This document shows, in pieces, positions 42,709-54,400 of a stretch of 64,000 nucleotides of DNA. The DNA is taken from contig CAVUPH010000026.1 of assembly GCA_963743305.1 (NCBI GenBank), positions 38,472 to 102,471 on the forward strand, written 5' to 3'. The notes under the pieces are model-generated. The model worked only from the letters and a program-made list of their open reading frames with translations. It searched no databases and had not been told where the DNA came from. The position numbers were made by a program, and so were the translations under genes. The DNA comes from an uncultured delta proteobacterium. Lineage in GTDB: Bacteria > Desulfobacterota > RBG-13-43-22. Each line of letters opens with the position of its first letter. Positions within the stretch are counted from its first letter, which is position 1.

Positions 42709-44549
42709 GAGGCCTCCCGGCGAATGTGTTTTTTAGGACAGACGGTTATGCAGGTCCCGCAATCCGTGCAGAATTCCTCCAGGATTCGAGCCGGCTGTTT
42801 CTTCACTTCCTGGACGATTGCCGGGCAATCGAACTGCGTGACGCAGAATCCGCAGCCGTCGCACTCCTCTTGCTCGATGACTACCCGCCCCGTCGGCTTT
42901 TCCTGGGGGAGATGCCTTCCATAAACCATGCAGGGATGGCGGGCAATGATTACGGCTACGCCGTTTCTTTCATCCTGAATATAGGCGCCGGCTTTTTTCA
43001 GTGCCCCGGTCATTTGTTGGACATCGTAGGGGTCCACCACCTCGAGAAATCCCACCCCGCAGGCCCGGACCAAGGGTTCAAGAAGAATCGCCTCGGCCGG
43101 GCTCCCGTCGGACAGGAGCGGCTGATTGGGGGCCGGCTGCCCGCCGGTCATGGCTACGGTCGAATTGTCCAGGATGACCAAGATGAATTTGGCCTTTTGG
43201 TGCACCGCGTTGACCAGGGCCGGGAGGCCGGCATGAAAAAAAGTGGAGTCGCCGATAGTGGCCACAATGGGCGGGGCCTCCCGGCCTGAAGCCTTAAACC
43301 CCTGGTAGAGACCGGTGGCGGTAGTGATGCTGGCCCCCATGCACAAACAGGTATCCACCACCCCCATATTGATCCCCAGGGTGTAGCAGCCGATGTCCCC
43401 GGGGAAGATCCCCTTGGGAAAAGTCTTTTTGATGGCCCAGAAGGCCGAGCGATGGGCGCACCCCGGGCAGAGGGAGGGGCGTCGCCCTTTGGGCTCAGGG
43501 ACCGTTTCGACCTTTTCCCGCCAGCCCAAAAGCTCCGCCAGGACACGGTGGATCACGTCAACCGTGAGTTCCCCTTCGGCGGGAATCAACCCATCCCGCC
43601 TTCCCCGAAGCCGCAGGCCATCGGCCAGTTGCATCTCGATCAAGGGATAGGTTTCTTCCAGGACCAGCACCGATTTAAAAGGCTTAAGAAATTTCTTCAT
43701 TTCCCGGACAGGGAGGGGGAAGGGTTGATCCACCTTAAACAAAGGAATCTGACCCAGCATTTTTTTATCCAAAAGAAGATCATGAACCAAGGCGTAGGGA
43801 ACCCCCGAAGCCAGGATGGCCAGCGGTTTCTTTTCAGGGGGTTCCTTCCAGTTCTTCAGGACCGGATTCTCCCGGGCCAGGTCCTCGAGTTTTCGGTTCA
43901 ACTCCTGGTGGAGTTTGAAACGAAAACCCGGAGTGGCCGCCCAGCGGGTTGGGTTTTTTTCAAAGGCGGCCTCCGGATTCGGGACCGGCAAGGGATAGAG
44001 CGGGATGGGCTGCCGGGAGTGGCAGACCCGGGTGGTGGGTCGCAGCAAAACCGGAAGGGCGTACTTCTCCGAAAGCGCCAGGGCCCTGGGGATCATTTCC
44101 TTGGCTTCCTGGGGAGAACTGGGATCAAAAACCGGGATCTTGGCAAAGAAGGCCTGGAACCGACTGTCCTGTTCGGTCTGGGAACTTTTCGGTCCCGGGT
44201 CATCCGCCGAAATGATCAGAAACCCGCCCTTGACCCCGATATAGGCGGCGCTCATCAGGGGATCCGAGGCCACGTTCAACCCCACCTGCTTCATGGAAAC
44301 GGCCGCCCGGCGCCCCAGGTAACTCTGGGCCAGGGCCTGTTCAAAGGCCACTTTTTCATTGATCGCCCATTCGGCGAAAAGAGGGACCTTTTCCTGCTTT
44401 TTGAACCGGATCACCGCCTCCAGAATCTCCGAAGCCGGGGTCCCGGGATAGGAGGTGGCGCATTGGACGCCCGACTCCAACAATCCCCTGGCCATGGCCT
44501 CATTGCCCATCATGACTATTTCACCGATTTTTTTCCTCTTAGCTGCCAT
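42705..44549 (-). CDS. iorA: Indolepyruvate:ferredoxin oxidoreductase alpha subunit
   Basis: GNEAMARG, YPGTP, NEKVA, LCPGCAHR, GDIGC, GDSTF, C-terminal 2x[4Fe-4S]. Confidence 0.92.
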   Translation of the reverse strand: MAAKRKKIGEIVMMGNEAMARGLLESGVQCATSYPGTPASEILEAVIRFKKQEKVPLFAEWAINEKVAFEQALAQSYLGRRAAVSMKQVGLNVASDPLMSAAYIGVKGGFLIISADDPGPKSSQTEQDSRFQAFFAKIPVFDPSSPQEAKEMIPRALALSEKYALPVLLRPTTRVCHSRQPIPLYPLPVPNPEAAFEKNPTRWAATPGFRFKLHQELNRKLEDLARENPVLKNWKEPPEKKPLAILASGVPYALVHDLLLDKKMLGQIPLFKVDQPFPLPVREMKKFLKPFKSVLVLEETYPLIEMQLADGLRLRGRRDGLIPAEGELTVDVIHRVLAELLGWREKVETVPEPKGRRPSLCPGCAHRSAFWAIKKTFPKGIFPGDIGCYTLGINMGVVDTCLCMGASITTATGLYQGFKASGREAPPIVATIGDSTFFHAGLPALVNAVHQKAKFILVILDNSTVAMTGGQPAPNQPLLSDGSPAEAILLEPLVRACGVGFLEVVDPYDVQQMTGALKKAGAYIQDERNGVAVIIARHPCMVYGRHLPQEKPTGRVVIEQEECDGCGFCVTQFDCPAIVQEVKKQPARILEEFCTDCGTCITVCPKKHIRREAS

Positions 44550-44572
44550 AGAAATTATCCCTTTCCCGAATA

Positions 44573-45580
44573 TTATAGAAAGTACTTTTCCGGCACAAAA
44601 TCTTCCGGCCTGACGGACTCCAGGGTAATGGCCTCCACCGGACAAACCACCCGGCACAGACCGCAGCCGATACACTTCTCCCCCTCCACCTGCGTCTGGC
44701 CCTCTTCATCGACTTGCAGCGCTCCGAAATAACACCGTTCCAGGCAGGCCCCGCAGGCAGTGCACAGCTCCGTATCCACCCGGGCCTGGAAACGGCTGGG
44801 GTCGATCACCCGGATCCCGCCTTTGATCAGAATGGGCATGGTCTGGCAGCAGCAGGGGCAGCAGTTGCAAATAAAGTGATCCACCTGGTGCTTGTTCATG
44901 GTCACATGGATCAGGCCCGCTTCTTCGGCCTCCCTTAAAATTTTCAGGGCCTCTTCTTTGCTGACTTCCCGGCCGGTCCCCCGGTCAATGCTGTACTGGG
45001 CGGCTCGGTTGACCTGCAGACAGGCTTCCAGGGGCCGATCGCATTTATGGGCCGTCAGCCGGCAGGTGCATTTGGTCACGGCCAAGGTTTTGGCCTGGTC
45101 GATGATCTCCTGGACATTTTCAAAACTCATAACCTGGGTGGAGGCCGGGACCGAGACGCCCACGGGGATCACTCGGGTAAAGGGCCGGGGCAACAGGGCG
45201 CTGAAATTCTTGGCCATCTCCGGCCATTCGTTTTCCATGATGTCCTGCCATTGATCCAGGAAGGCCTGAGGGGCCTCCGGCCAAAGGATGGTGGCGTCGT
45301 GAAGCTGAACGAAATCGCGGCCCATGCGCCAGGTGGGAGGATCGGTTTTCGGGCTGGGAAAGGCCAGCCCCTTGAAATAAAGGACCCGGATCATTTCATC
45401 CACCACATCCAGCGGCAGACCCATCTTACGGGCCAGATCGACCGGCTGGCCGGGCATGGCCAGCAGCAGACGGGCCTCCTCCTGATTGATGATCATCCCC
45501 ATCAGCTTAAGAAATCGATCGCTGGCCGGGACAAACATCTTTTCCAGGATCTGAACATACTCGGGAATTTTGTTTTCCAT
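44573..45580 (-). CDS. 4Fe-4S dicluster domain protein
   Basis: CTCR, ICNCCPCCC and two CxxCxxCxxxC motifs. Confidence 0.85.
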   Translation of the reverse strand: MENKIPEYVQILEKMFVPASDRFLKLMGMIINQEEARLLLAMPGQPVDLARKMGLPLDVVDEMIRVLYFKGLAFPSPKTDPPTWRMGRDFVQLHDATILWPEAPQAFLDQWQDIMENEWPEMAKNFSALLPRPFTRVIPVGVSVPASTQVMSFENVQEIIDQAKTLAVTKCTCRLTAHKCDRPLEACLQVNRAAQYSIDRGTGREVSKEEALKILREAEEAGLIHVTMNKHQVDHFICNCCPCCCQTMPILIKGGIRVIDPSRFQARVDTELCTACGACLERCYFGALQVDEEGQTQVEGEKCIGCGLCRVVCPVEAITLESVRPEDFVPEKYFL

Positions 45581-45698
45581 TACTCCTCCAAAATTACAAA
45601 AACGAATAGATCCTTAGCCCCCGAACGTACGATCGGAAAGGTGGGTTTTTACAGCCAAAAAAATCTTGAATTTTTTTGGCTAGGGATTAACCCAGGCT

Positions 45699-45788
45699 CG
45701 TCATTCCGGACAAACGAAGTGCGATCCGGAATCCAGGCCCCGGCTAAGCTTCTAAGGACCTGGATGCCGGATCGAGTCCGGCATGACG
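45699..45788. repeat. REP-type hairpin (CGTCATTCCGG...CCGGCATGACG)
   Basis: Long inverted repeat in an intergenic gap. Confidence 0.7.
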
Positions 45789-45840
45789 GCAAAAACAAAT
45801 GCCCAATGTGGTACCTGATACTATTTAGATATTAAGACGC

Positions 45841-47034
45841 CTAAAGCCCCGAAAGATCAAAACGGGAAAGCGGACCTTTCAAGGCGCGAATATCCAGTTG
45901 CCCGTCAATGGCCTTCAGCAGCTTCACCCGTCCCTCCAGTTTTCCGAATAATAGGACCCCGGCCAAATGATTATCCTTGACCACCAGTTTGCGATAGGTC
46001 CCGGCCTGGACATCTTTTTCCACAAACGATTCCAGCTTGCCGTCCGGATCGATATCCCCGGTGGCCAGCAGATCAATACCCACCACCTTCAGTTGGTTGG
46101 AAAAAGTCGTTCCCTGATATTCAGCGTCCCCTCCGGCCATCACGGTTCCGGCCACCTCACCCTGCTGTTCGGCCGCCGGCCAGATACCGTAGACGGTCCC
46201 TCGGTGTTCAATCGAGTCCCCCGCGGCGTAGATTCCCGGCAGCTCGGTTTCCATTCGATCCGTCACCGGGATCCCCTTGCCGACTTTGATCCCCAATTTT
46301 TGGGCCAACTCCATTTGGGGACGAACCCCGGCCGAAACAATAACCAGATCGGCGGGGATTTGGCGGCCGTCTTCGAGAACCAGTGCTCGGGCCGTATCTT
46401 CCCCCAGAATTTCCTTGGAAACCACCCCCAAGTAAAACACAAAACCCATTTTCTCCAAACGGCCCCTCAGCAGCTCGGCGCAGGCCGGGTCGGTTTGCCG
46501 GGGCAGCAGCCTGGGGAAAAATTCGGCTACTGAAACGGTCATCCCGGCCTTGCGCAGGCTGTTGCCGACCTCCAGCCCCAGGAGGCCTCCGCCGATCAGC
46601 AGGGCCTTTGATTTGCCCCGGGCATAGCTTTTGATGGCCTCGGCATCCTGAATGTTGCGCAGGGTGAAAACGCCTTTTTTGTCGGCTCCCTTGATGGGCG
46701 GCAGAAAAGAAACGGCCCCGGTGGCCAGCAGCAGTTTATCGTAGAGGAACTTTTCTCCGGAGGGCGTCACCACCACCCGAGAGGCCGGATCAATTTCCGC
46801 CACCCGGCTGTTAAGCATTAATTGGATTTTGTTTTCCTCGTACCAGGTTTGATTTTTGATCTGCAATTTGGGAAGATCCACCTCCCCGGCGATATATTCC
46901 ATCAGACGAATACGGCTGTAAAAAGGATAGGACTCCTCGGTGATCATCCGGATTTCCCCGGTGGAATCGGTTTTCCGAATAGCCGCCGCCGCGGTAGTCC
47001 CGGCCACTCCATTGCCAATGATCACGTATTTCAT
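45841..47034 (-). CDS. FAD-dependent NAD(P)H oxidoreductase (rubredoxin reductase/NirB-like)
   Basis: IIGNGVAG, LATG, IGGGLLGLE, YAAGD. Confidence 0.88.
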   Translation of the reverse strand: MKYVIIGNGVAGTTAAAAIRKTDSTGEIRMITEESYPFYSRIRLMEYIAGEVDLPKLQIKNQTWYEENKIQLMLNSRVAEIDPASRVVVTPSGEKFLYDKLLLATGAVSFLPPIKGADKKGVFTLRNIQDAEAIKSYARGKSKALLIGGGLLGLEVGNSLRKAGMTVSVAEFFPRLLPRQTDPACAELLRGRLEKMGFVFYLGVVSKEILGEDTARALVLEDGRQIPADLVIVSAGVRPQMELAQKLGIKVGKGIPVTDRMETELPGIYAAGDSIEHRGTVYGIWPAAEQQGEVAGTVMAGGDAEYQGTTFSNQLKVVGIDLLATGDIDPDGKLESFVEKDVQAGTYRKLVVKDNHLAGVLLFGKLEGRVKLLKAIDGQLDIRALKGPLSRFDLSGL

Positions 47035-47130
47035 ATACTCCTCCTTGGGGTCTGGATAATTTCATTTAGACTATGCTTTTGGTTTTTTTTTGTCAACACC
47101 CTTGCTTTCTTTCATGATACAATTCTCATT

Positions 47131-47557
47131 ATGGAAGCGAAAATCAGAGACGCTATTTTTCGATCAGGTGAGTAAGGAACCCTTTGCCCGAAAATTCGCA
47201 TTGACGCTGTCGGCGTTGGATGACGGCTATTCCCGGGTTGAGATGACTTACACGGCGGACATGAACAACATCTTCGGCCTGGCCCACGGGGGGGCGATCT
47301 TTGCCCTGATCGACGAGGCCTTTCAGACCGCCTGCAACTCCCACGGCACCCTGGCCGTAGCCTTGAACCTGAACATCACCTATATCGCCCCGGCCGTTTT
47401 AGGCCGTCGGTTGACCGCCGAAGCCCGGGAATACAGCCGCACCCGTAAAACCGCCAGCTACGAGATCAAAGTAACCGATGACCAGGGCAACCTGCTGGCC
47501 GTCTGCCAGGCCTTGGCTTATCGAAAAGGAATACCTTTGCCCTTTATGAACGAATGA
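47131..47557 (+). CDS. PaaI family thioesterase (5' homopolymer frameshift)
   Basis: NIFGLAHGGAIFALID...ACNSHG. Probable start MEAKIRDAIF at 47131. Confidence 0.85.
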
Positions 47558-47666
47558 GGGTTTACTATTTGCTTGATTATCCAAAATCGATCCGCTAATA
47601 AACATTGAAGGAGAACCGGCAAATACCAGGGGTCGGTACCCCAATATAATTAGAAAGGAGAGAAGG

Positions 47667-48014
47667 ATGCTGAAAAAATTCGTTGTTCTATTGGCGGGAA
47701 CCATGTTTGTATTAGGGTCAACCCTTTGCCTGGGTCGTACTATCCCCAAACAGGAACAGGACGCCACCATAGGCGGAATCCCCAAGCAGAATACCCTGCA
47801 CATTGGCGTGGAAGATAAAGATAAGAAAGACGCGCCTGCCGCTAAAACCGCCCCTAAAGCCCCGGCGGCTGCCGAACAAAAAGCCGTGACCGCGGAACCG
47901 CCCGCCCCGACGGATACCAAGGCCCCGGCCAAGGCTACCAAGAAAGCCAAAAAAAGCAAAAAACCCAGAAGACCAAGAAAAACTGATAACCAACAAATCA
48001 CCGACCCCCCTTGA
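47667..48014 (+). CDS. Small exported Ala/Pro/Lys-rich protein
   Basis: RBS, signal-peptide-like N-terminus, low-complexity body; hairpin follows at 48017-48042. Confidence 0.55.
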   Translation: MLKKFVVLLAGTMFVLGSTLCLGRTIPKQEQDATIGGIPKQNTLHIGVEDKDKKDAPAAKTAPKAPAAAEQKAVTAEPPAPTDTKAPAKATKKAKKSKKPRRPRKTDNQQITDPP

Positions 48015-48162
48015 TGCCCTCCCTCTTTCGTGGGGGGAGGGTTTCTCTAGATCAGCACCATTGAATATTTCTATTTGATTTTTGTCTCCCCGGTTCAGGA
48101 CGCTTGAAACCCTCGCCCCCCTTTTCCAATCAAAGCTCCTCATCGATTTAGTTGGCCTACAA

Positions 48163-48178
48163 AGGCACTAAATTTGCA
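48163..48178 (+). promoter_or_regulatory. Possible sigma54 promoter
   Basis: AGGCACTAAATTTGCA, GG-N10-GC. Confidence 0.45.
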
Positions 48179-48346
48179 AAAATAATAAGACGGCCACTAA
48201 ACCTGAAAAAGGTCAACAAGACTTTCTTATTACTAACCATTGGATATCATTTTAAAAAGATAATTTATAGCTCTCCGCCCCGGATCCAGAACGGTTGTCG
48301 GAAGTCAAACAATTGACAAATTAAGAGAGAGGAGAGGGTCAAACTG

Positions 48347-48970
48347 ATGGGAATAAATCCGGCAAAGCCTGTTCCGGTGCAAGCGGAATTCAAGAACGGG
48401 GTGCAAATGCCCATTTCCAGGGGGACGAAAGACTCCTTTTCGTCTTTATTGACTTCCCGGATGAAAGAAACGGGGGTAACCCCGGGACCTGAAAAGGCCA
48501 AGCCCATCGAATACGAGGTTCGCCCCGGAGACAGCCTCTGGAAGATCGGGGTTCGCCTGTTCCATAAAGACCCCCAGCAGATTGCCCGCGACAACGGCCT
48601 GACCAACCCGGACCTGATCCGGCCGGGACAAAAATTGTTGATTTATTCAGAACAAAAAGACAGGCCCACCGAAGCCCGACCGGCTGAAAAGGTAACCGCG
48701 AGCTGGTACGGAAGGGAGCACCAAAACAAAATCACCGCCGGCGGCCTCCCTTTTGACGCCAATCAGAATACCGTGGCCCATCGGACCTTGCCCCTGGGAA
48801 CAAAAGTGCGCCTGGTTAATCCGGAAAACGGTCACACGGCGGTTGGGCGTGTAGCGGATCGAGGCCCCTTCATTCGGGGAAGGGATTTGGACGTTTCCCT
48901 GGCCTTGGCCCAAAAACTGGGTTTTGTCCGGAAAGGGGTGACGGAACTGGAGATTCAGGTTATTTCTTAA
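48347..48970 (+). CDS. LysM domain plus RlpA-like double-psi beta-barrel protein
   Basis: YEVRPGDSLWKI...LIRPGQKL; ASWYG, AHRTLPLGT, DRGPF. Confidence 0.88.
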   Translation: MGINPAKPVPVQAEFKNGVQMPISRGTKDSFSSLLTSRMKETGVTPGPEKAKPIEYEVRPGDSLWKIGVRLFHKDPQQIARDNGLTNPDLIRPGQKLLIYSEQKDRPTEARPAEKVTASWYGREHQNKITAGGLPFDANQNTVAHRTLPLGTKVRLVNPENGHTAVGRVADRGPFIRGRDLDVSLALAQKLGFVRKGVTELEIQVIS

Positions 48971-49160
48971 AGCCAGCAGATCTTAATTTCCTTTTCCACT
49001 CGATCTTCGGCTCGGGATTCCTCCAGGGCCTTCAGCAAACCGCCGCCCTTCAGCACGCCGCTCATTTTTTCAAAATATTCCCGGTTCAGAGGGCGTTAGT
49101 AAGTCAATTATTATTGAGTATCCAGGGGCCAGCAGATGGCCAATATCCCTTCTTTACCAA

Positions 49161-49200
49161 ACAAAAAGCCACTCCAGTATAGAGCGGCTTTTTTGTTTTT
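49161..49200. terminator. Bidirectional intrinsic terminator
   Basis: AAAAAGCCACTC-loop-GAGCGGCTTTTTT between convergent genes. Confidence 0.65.
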
Positions 49201-49284
49201 ATCCATTTACCCAATGCCTAACGCATCGGTCCAACTATTTTAACTTTTGCCATTTACATTTTGAATTTTGAATGGATGTTTTTC

Positions 49285-50211
49285 TCAGTTCACCACCGGG
49301 CGCGGCAGCAGCCCGGCCATTTCCACGATCTCCGGCACCCGTTCCTCCCACTCGATGGCCATCACATGCACCCCGGCGATGCCTTTCATTTCTTTCAGGC
49401 GCTGGATCGTCTCCACGCAGATCTTGATGCCTTCCTTGGCCTGATCCTTTTTATCCACCCCTTTCAGGCGGTTGATGACTTCATCGGGCACGTCCATGCC
49501 GGGGACGGAATTCTTCATGTAGCGAGCCATACCGACCGACTTCATAGGGGTCACCCCGCCCAGGATATAGACCTGTTTATCAATACCCAAGTCCCGGACC
49601 TGCTCCATGAACTTCTCCATGCGGTCCAGGTTATAGATGCACTGAGTCTGAACAAAATCCACCCCGGAAGCCGCCTTTTTGCCCAAGCGGACGGCCCGGA
49701 AATCGATGGGGTGGGCAAAGGGGTTGGCCGCCGCCCCGATGAACATCTTGGGGGGAACCTGGATCTCTTGATCGTTGATGAATTTTCCCTCGTCGCGCAT
49801 CTTTTTGACGGTCATGATCAACTGCATGGAATCCAGGTCAAAGACATTTTTAGCCGCCGGATGGTCTCCGAATTTCTGGTGGTCCCCGGAAAGACAGAGC
49901 ATGTTGCGGATGCCCAGGGCATAGGCCCCCAGAATGTCGCTCTGCAGGGCGATCCGGTTCCGATCCCGGACCACCATTTGCAGGTTAGGCTCCAGCCCTT
50001 CCTGCATCAACAACAGGCATCCGGCCAGACTGGACATACGGACCACGGCCGTCTGGTTGTCGGTTACATTGACCGAATCGACCACGCCCTTCAAATGTCC
50101 CGCCTTTTTTCGGACATGTTCCGCATCGGCGCTGCGAGGAGGACCGCATTCTCCGGTTACGGCAAACTGTCCAGCGGTCAAGATCTTTTCTAATTTGCTC
50201 CCCGATTTCAT
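49285..50211 (-). CDS. metF: Methylenetetrahydrofolate reductase
   Basis: ECGPPR, NVTDN, RDRNRIALQS, LSGDH, QTQ. Confidence 0.92.
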   Translation of the reverse strand: MKSGSKLEKILTAGQFAVTGECGPPRSADAEHVRKKAGHLKGVVDSVNVTDNQTAVVRMSSLAGCLLLMQEGLEPNLQMVVRDRNRIALQSDILGAYALGIRNMLCLSGDHQKFGDHPAAKNVFDLDSMQLIMTVKKMRDEGKFINDQEIQVPPKMFIGAAANPFAHPIDFRAVRLGKKAASGVDFVQTQCIYNLDRMEKFMEQVRDLGIDKQVYILGGVTPMKSVGMARYMKNSVPGMDVPDEVINRLKGVDKKDQAKEGIKICVETIQRLKEMKGIAGVHVMAIEWEERVPEIVEMAGLLPRPVVN

Positions 50212-50876
50212 AGTCTCAAATCCTCCCTGATCATTTTTCTAGGACCCCCATCCCGGCTCTTCGACCAGTCCTTGCAGGGAATGACCCGGGTTAATTTATC
50301 CAACTGTCCCAGGCCTTTCAGACGGTCGTGAATCAATTGCCAGACACAGTCCACGTCCTTGCTGATTTCGCATTTCCCGTCGGCCGATCCACCGCAAGGA
50401 CCATTGAGCAGGCTTTTGGAGCAACGGGCGATGGGGCAAAGGCCCCCGAAATTATGGATCCCGCAAGCGCCGCAGGCCTGGCAAAACTCGGCAAAGACCC
50501 CGTGTTCCAGGGACCCCCCGATAAAAGTGGTATTCAAACCCGGGAAGACCATAGCCAGCGGATACCGGCCGGCAATGTATTGGGGGCCGACGGTGCAGGC
50601 AATGGAAAGAACCGCATCACGGTCTTTTAGGGGTCCTTCCAGTTGTTCGATATATTCCGGATCGCATTGGCGCTCCAGGACGATTTCCCGAACATCCGGC
50701 TCCTCCCCGGCTTTTTTTCGGGCGATGCGAATCTCGGAGGCCAGGACTTCCACTTCCTTCCTTCCGCCCGCGTTGCAGACGGTTACACATCCTTTGCACC
50801 CGGCCACCAGGATCTTCTTAAAGGGCTCGAGCATTTCCAGGATTTCAGTTAGCGGTTTTCTTTCTGCCACAACCAT
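50208..50876 (-). CDS. metV: MTHFR small subunit MetV
   Basis: GCKGCVTVC, RQC, CPIARCSKSLLNGPCGG, CVW. Confidence 0.9.
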   Translation of the reverse strand: MVVAERKPLTEILEMLEPFKKILVAGCKGCVTVCNAGGRKEVEVLASEIRIARKKAGEEPDVREIVLERQCDPEYIEQLEGPLKDRDAVLSIACTVGPQYIAGRYPLAMVFPGLNTTFIGGSLEHGVFAEFCQACGACGIHNFGGLCPIARCSKSLLNGPCGGSADGKCEISKDVDCVWQLIHDRLKGLGQLDKLTRVIPCKDWSKSRDGGPRKMIREDLRL

Positions 50877-50916
50877 AGTCTTCCTCCACTTTCTGGATAC
50901 GGATCCTCAGGTTTAT

Positions 50917-51345
50917 TTAAGCCGCTTTGGCCGCCGGCTTGATGGGGCTGGGTCCCAAGGCCCTGATCTTATCGGTCATCTCCCGGGCGATCTCGGCGAA
51001 GCGGGGCCCCTGGGCGGCGGAAAGGTTGTACATGGCCACCCGATCCTCTTCCAGACCCAATTCGCCGAGTATCTTTTTTACCGCCTCCACCCGCTTGCGG
51101 GCTTTGAGGTTGCCGGTTAAATAATGGCAGTCCCCTTCCAGGCAGCCGGCTACATAGACCCCGTCGGCCCCGTCCTCAATGGCTCTCAGCAAGTGGATCA
51201 CATCCACCCGTCCGGTGCAGGGCATCATGATTACCCGCACATTGCTCGGATATTGCAGTCGCATGGAACCTGCCAGGTCCGCAGCGCTGTAGGCTCAGTA
51301 CTGGCAGCAGAAAGCTACGATTTTAGGTTCGAATGGTTCGCTCAT
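50917..51345 (-). CDS. mvhD: MvhD/FlpD [2Fe-2S] subunit (selenoprotein: UGA at codon 17)
   Basis: MSEPFEPKIVAFCCQY-U-AYSAADLAG, PCTGR, GCLEGDCHY..GN. Confidence 0.9.
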
Positions 51346-51430
51346 AAGGTCCTCTTGATATAAATTTATTTACCTTATTCCATTAAAAATTAATAATTAA
51401 CAATAGATTTTTAATAATTAATGTTGTTAC

Positions 51431-54400
51431 CTAAGCCGCTTCCTCCATCAGGGCATCCACCTTGGCCATGACCTGTTTATCGGTAAAATGCTGCAGGGCA
51501 ATGGCCTTGCCCGGGCATTCGGAGACGCAAACCCCGCAGCCCTGGCACTTGGAGACGTCGATCTCGGCCGCCCCGCTCTCGCCGATCACCGGCACGTTAA
51601 ACGGGCAGGACCGGACGCAGGTCAGGCAAACCGCGCAGAGTTCCGGGTTGACCACGGCCACTACACCGCCCACCTGGACGGAGTCTTTGGAGAGCAGGGT
51701 CAGGGCCCGCCCGGCGGCCGCCTGGGCCTGGGCGATGCTTTCATCGATGGGCTTGGGGTAATGGGCCAGTCCGCAGAGGTAAATTCCTTCCGTGGCGAAG
51801 TCCACCGGCCGCAGTTTCATATGCGCTTCCAAGAGGAACCCTTCGCTGTTCAATGAAATCTTATAGGCATCGACCAGTTCTTTGGCCGGATTAGGGATGA
51901 TGGCCGAGGCCAGGGTCAGCAGATCGGCCGACAAAATAAGCGGCTGGCCCAAAACATGATCGATCACCGTCACCGTCAGCTTATCCCCGTTCACCTGAAC
52001 TTCCGGCTTATTCTCCAGATCATAGCGGACAAAGAAAATACCCTGGTCCCGGGCCTCCCGGTACAGGTCCTCCCGAGATCCGAAGGTCCGGATGTCCCGG
52101 TAAAGGATGAAGATATCCATCTCGGGATTGCCTTTCTTCAGGGTCAGGGCGCTCTCCACGCTGTGGGTGCAGCAGACTTTACTGCAATAAGGGCGCTCCG
52201 GCTCCCTTGAACCGACGCACTGGATGAAGACCGCCGTCTGGGCCCCGGTTACCCGGGGATCATTCGCGGTAATAGCCTGGTCCAATTCCAGAGCGGTCAT
52301 GATCCGCGGGTCTTGGCCGTAGCCATAGACATCCGGTTGCCATTCCTTCGCCCCGGTGGCCAGGATGACCACCCCGTGTTCGTATTGTTGCGTCTGGCCG
52401 CCCTGGTTGAGGACCGTGGTATAATTCCCCACAAAGCCCGACCCATGCTCCACCACGGTATTAAAATGGACCTCGATCTTGGGGTGACCGTTGACCCGGG
52501 CGATCAAATCCCGCACGTAGGCTTGGATGTCTTCCCCTTTCCAGGTATGGCGGAGTTTCAGGGCGTTCCCGCCCAGGGTATCTGTTTTTTCAATTAATTT
52601 AACCTGGAATCCCTGCTGGGCCAGTTTGAGGGCCGACGTCATACCGGCCACGCCGCCGCCCACCACCAGGCCCGTTTTCTTTAAACCGAAGGAGACCTTA
52701 TGCAAGGGCTCCAGCAGGGAAACCCGGGCCACCGCCATCCGGACCAGGTCCTTGGCCTTACTGGTGGCTTTTTCGGGGTTGCCCTGGTGGACCCAGGTGT
52801 CCTGGTCCCGAATATTGGCCATGTCAAAAAGGTAGGTATTCAACCCGGCCTCGCGGATGGTCTGCTGAAAGAGGGGTTCGTGGGTCCGGGGGGAACAGGA
52901 GGCCACCACCACCCGATTGATTCCCTTTTCCTGAATAACCTGCTTCATCTTCTCCTGGGTATCCTGGGAACAGGTAAAGAGATTGTCCTCTACATGGACC
53001 ACCTGAGGCAGGGTCTTGGCGTACTCTCGGACGGCCGGCACATCGGCCACCCCGCCGATATTGATCCCGCAGTTACAGACGAAGACCCCTACCTTAATGT
53101 CCTCTCCGGCGAAGTCTTTTTCCGGCGGCAATTCCTGGTAACGGATCAACTGGTTGCGGCTCTCGGCAATTCCCTCCGAGGCGGCACAGGCGGCGGCCGA
53201 GGCTTCCATCACCGCTTGGGGAATGTCCTTGGGCCCGTTAAAGGCTCCACAGGTAAAGACCCCTGGTCTTTCCGTGGCCACCGGGGTAAAACTGCTTACT
53301 TGAGCAAACTGGTTTTTATCGATGGGTACCCCCAGTATTCGCGCCAGGTCAACGGCCTCGGGGGCGGTTTCCAGCCCCACGGAGAGGACCACCATATCGA
53401 ATTCTTCTTGCCGGACCTCCCCTTTTTCCGTGACATACTGCAGCAGGAGATTGTCGCTGCCCGGAATCGGATCGATGGTATGAATCCGGGAACGGATGAA
53501 TCGCACCCCTCGCTCGTTCTCGGCCCGGTTATAATATTTCTCAAAATCCTTGCCGTAGGTCCGCATATCCATGAAAAAGATGGCCGTGTCCAGAGGATGC
53601 GGGCTGTGTTCCTTGGCGATTACCGCCTCCTTGATGGCGTACATGCAACAGACGGCCGAACAATACCCGTGGTCGCAGTGGTTGATATCCCGGGAGCCCA
53701 CGCACTGCAGCCAGGCGATCTTTTCCGGTTCCTTGTGGTCGGAAGGCCGGATCAGATGCCCTTCGTAAGGGCCCGAGGCGGAGAGGATCCGCTCGAACTC
53801 CATGCTGGTCACCACGTTGGGATGCTGGGCATAATGATAGGCTTCATAGGCCGTGGGATCGAAGGGTCTGAACCCCGGGGCCATGACGATCGATCCGACT
53901 TCGATGACCCGCTCGACGGGCTGCATTTCATGGACCACGGCCTCGGCCAGACAGGCCTTGACGCATTGATAACACTCCGAACAGATCCCGCACTTCAGAC
54001 ACCGTTCGGCCTCGGTCAGGGTGGTGGCTTCCTGGAACCCCTGGGCCACTTCCTGAAAGTTTCCTTCCCGGGCGGCCGGGGGGATCTTGGTGATGGACAT
54101 GCGGGCCTTCTTGAGGACCCCCTCGGTGGAGGGCTTCTCATAGGACCAATCCTCTTCCCGACCGGCTTTCAGGTCTACCCCGTTGAGGTAGCGGCGAATG
54201 CTTTCGGCGGCCTTCTTGCCGCTTTCCACGGCTTCGACCACCGACTTGGGGCCGTAAAAGACATCCCCGCCGCAAAACACGCCGGGGATAGGGGTTTCGA
54301 GGGAAACCGGATCACCCTGAAGCCCTCCTCGAGGGGTAACGGAGACGCCCTGGCCGGAGGCGAAGGAGAGATCGGCCGCCTGCCCGATGGCCACGATGAC

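Noticed and set aside
48050-48346. Riboswitch (e.g. c-di-GMP) in the long leader of the LysM-RlpA gene
   Set aside because: I could not find the conserved motif; only promoter-like elements are visible.
51350-51430. AT-rich inverted repeat between hdrL and mvhD
   Set aside because: ATTAAAAAT/ATTTTTAAT symmetry is expected by chance in such AT-rich sequence, and I cannot assign a regulator.
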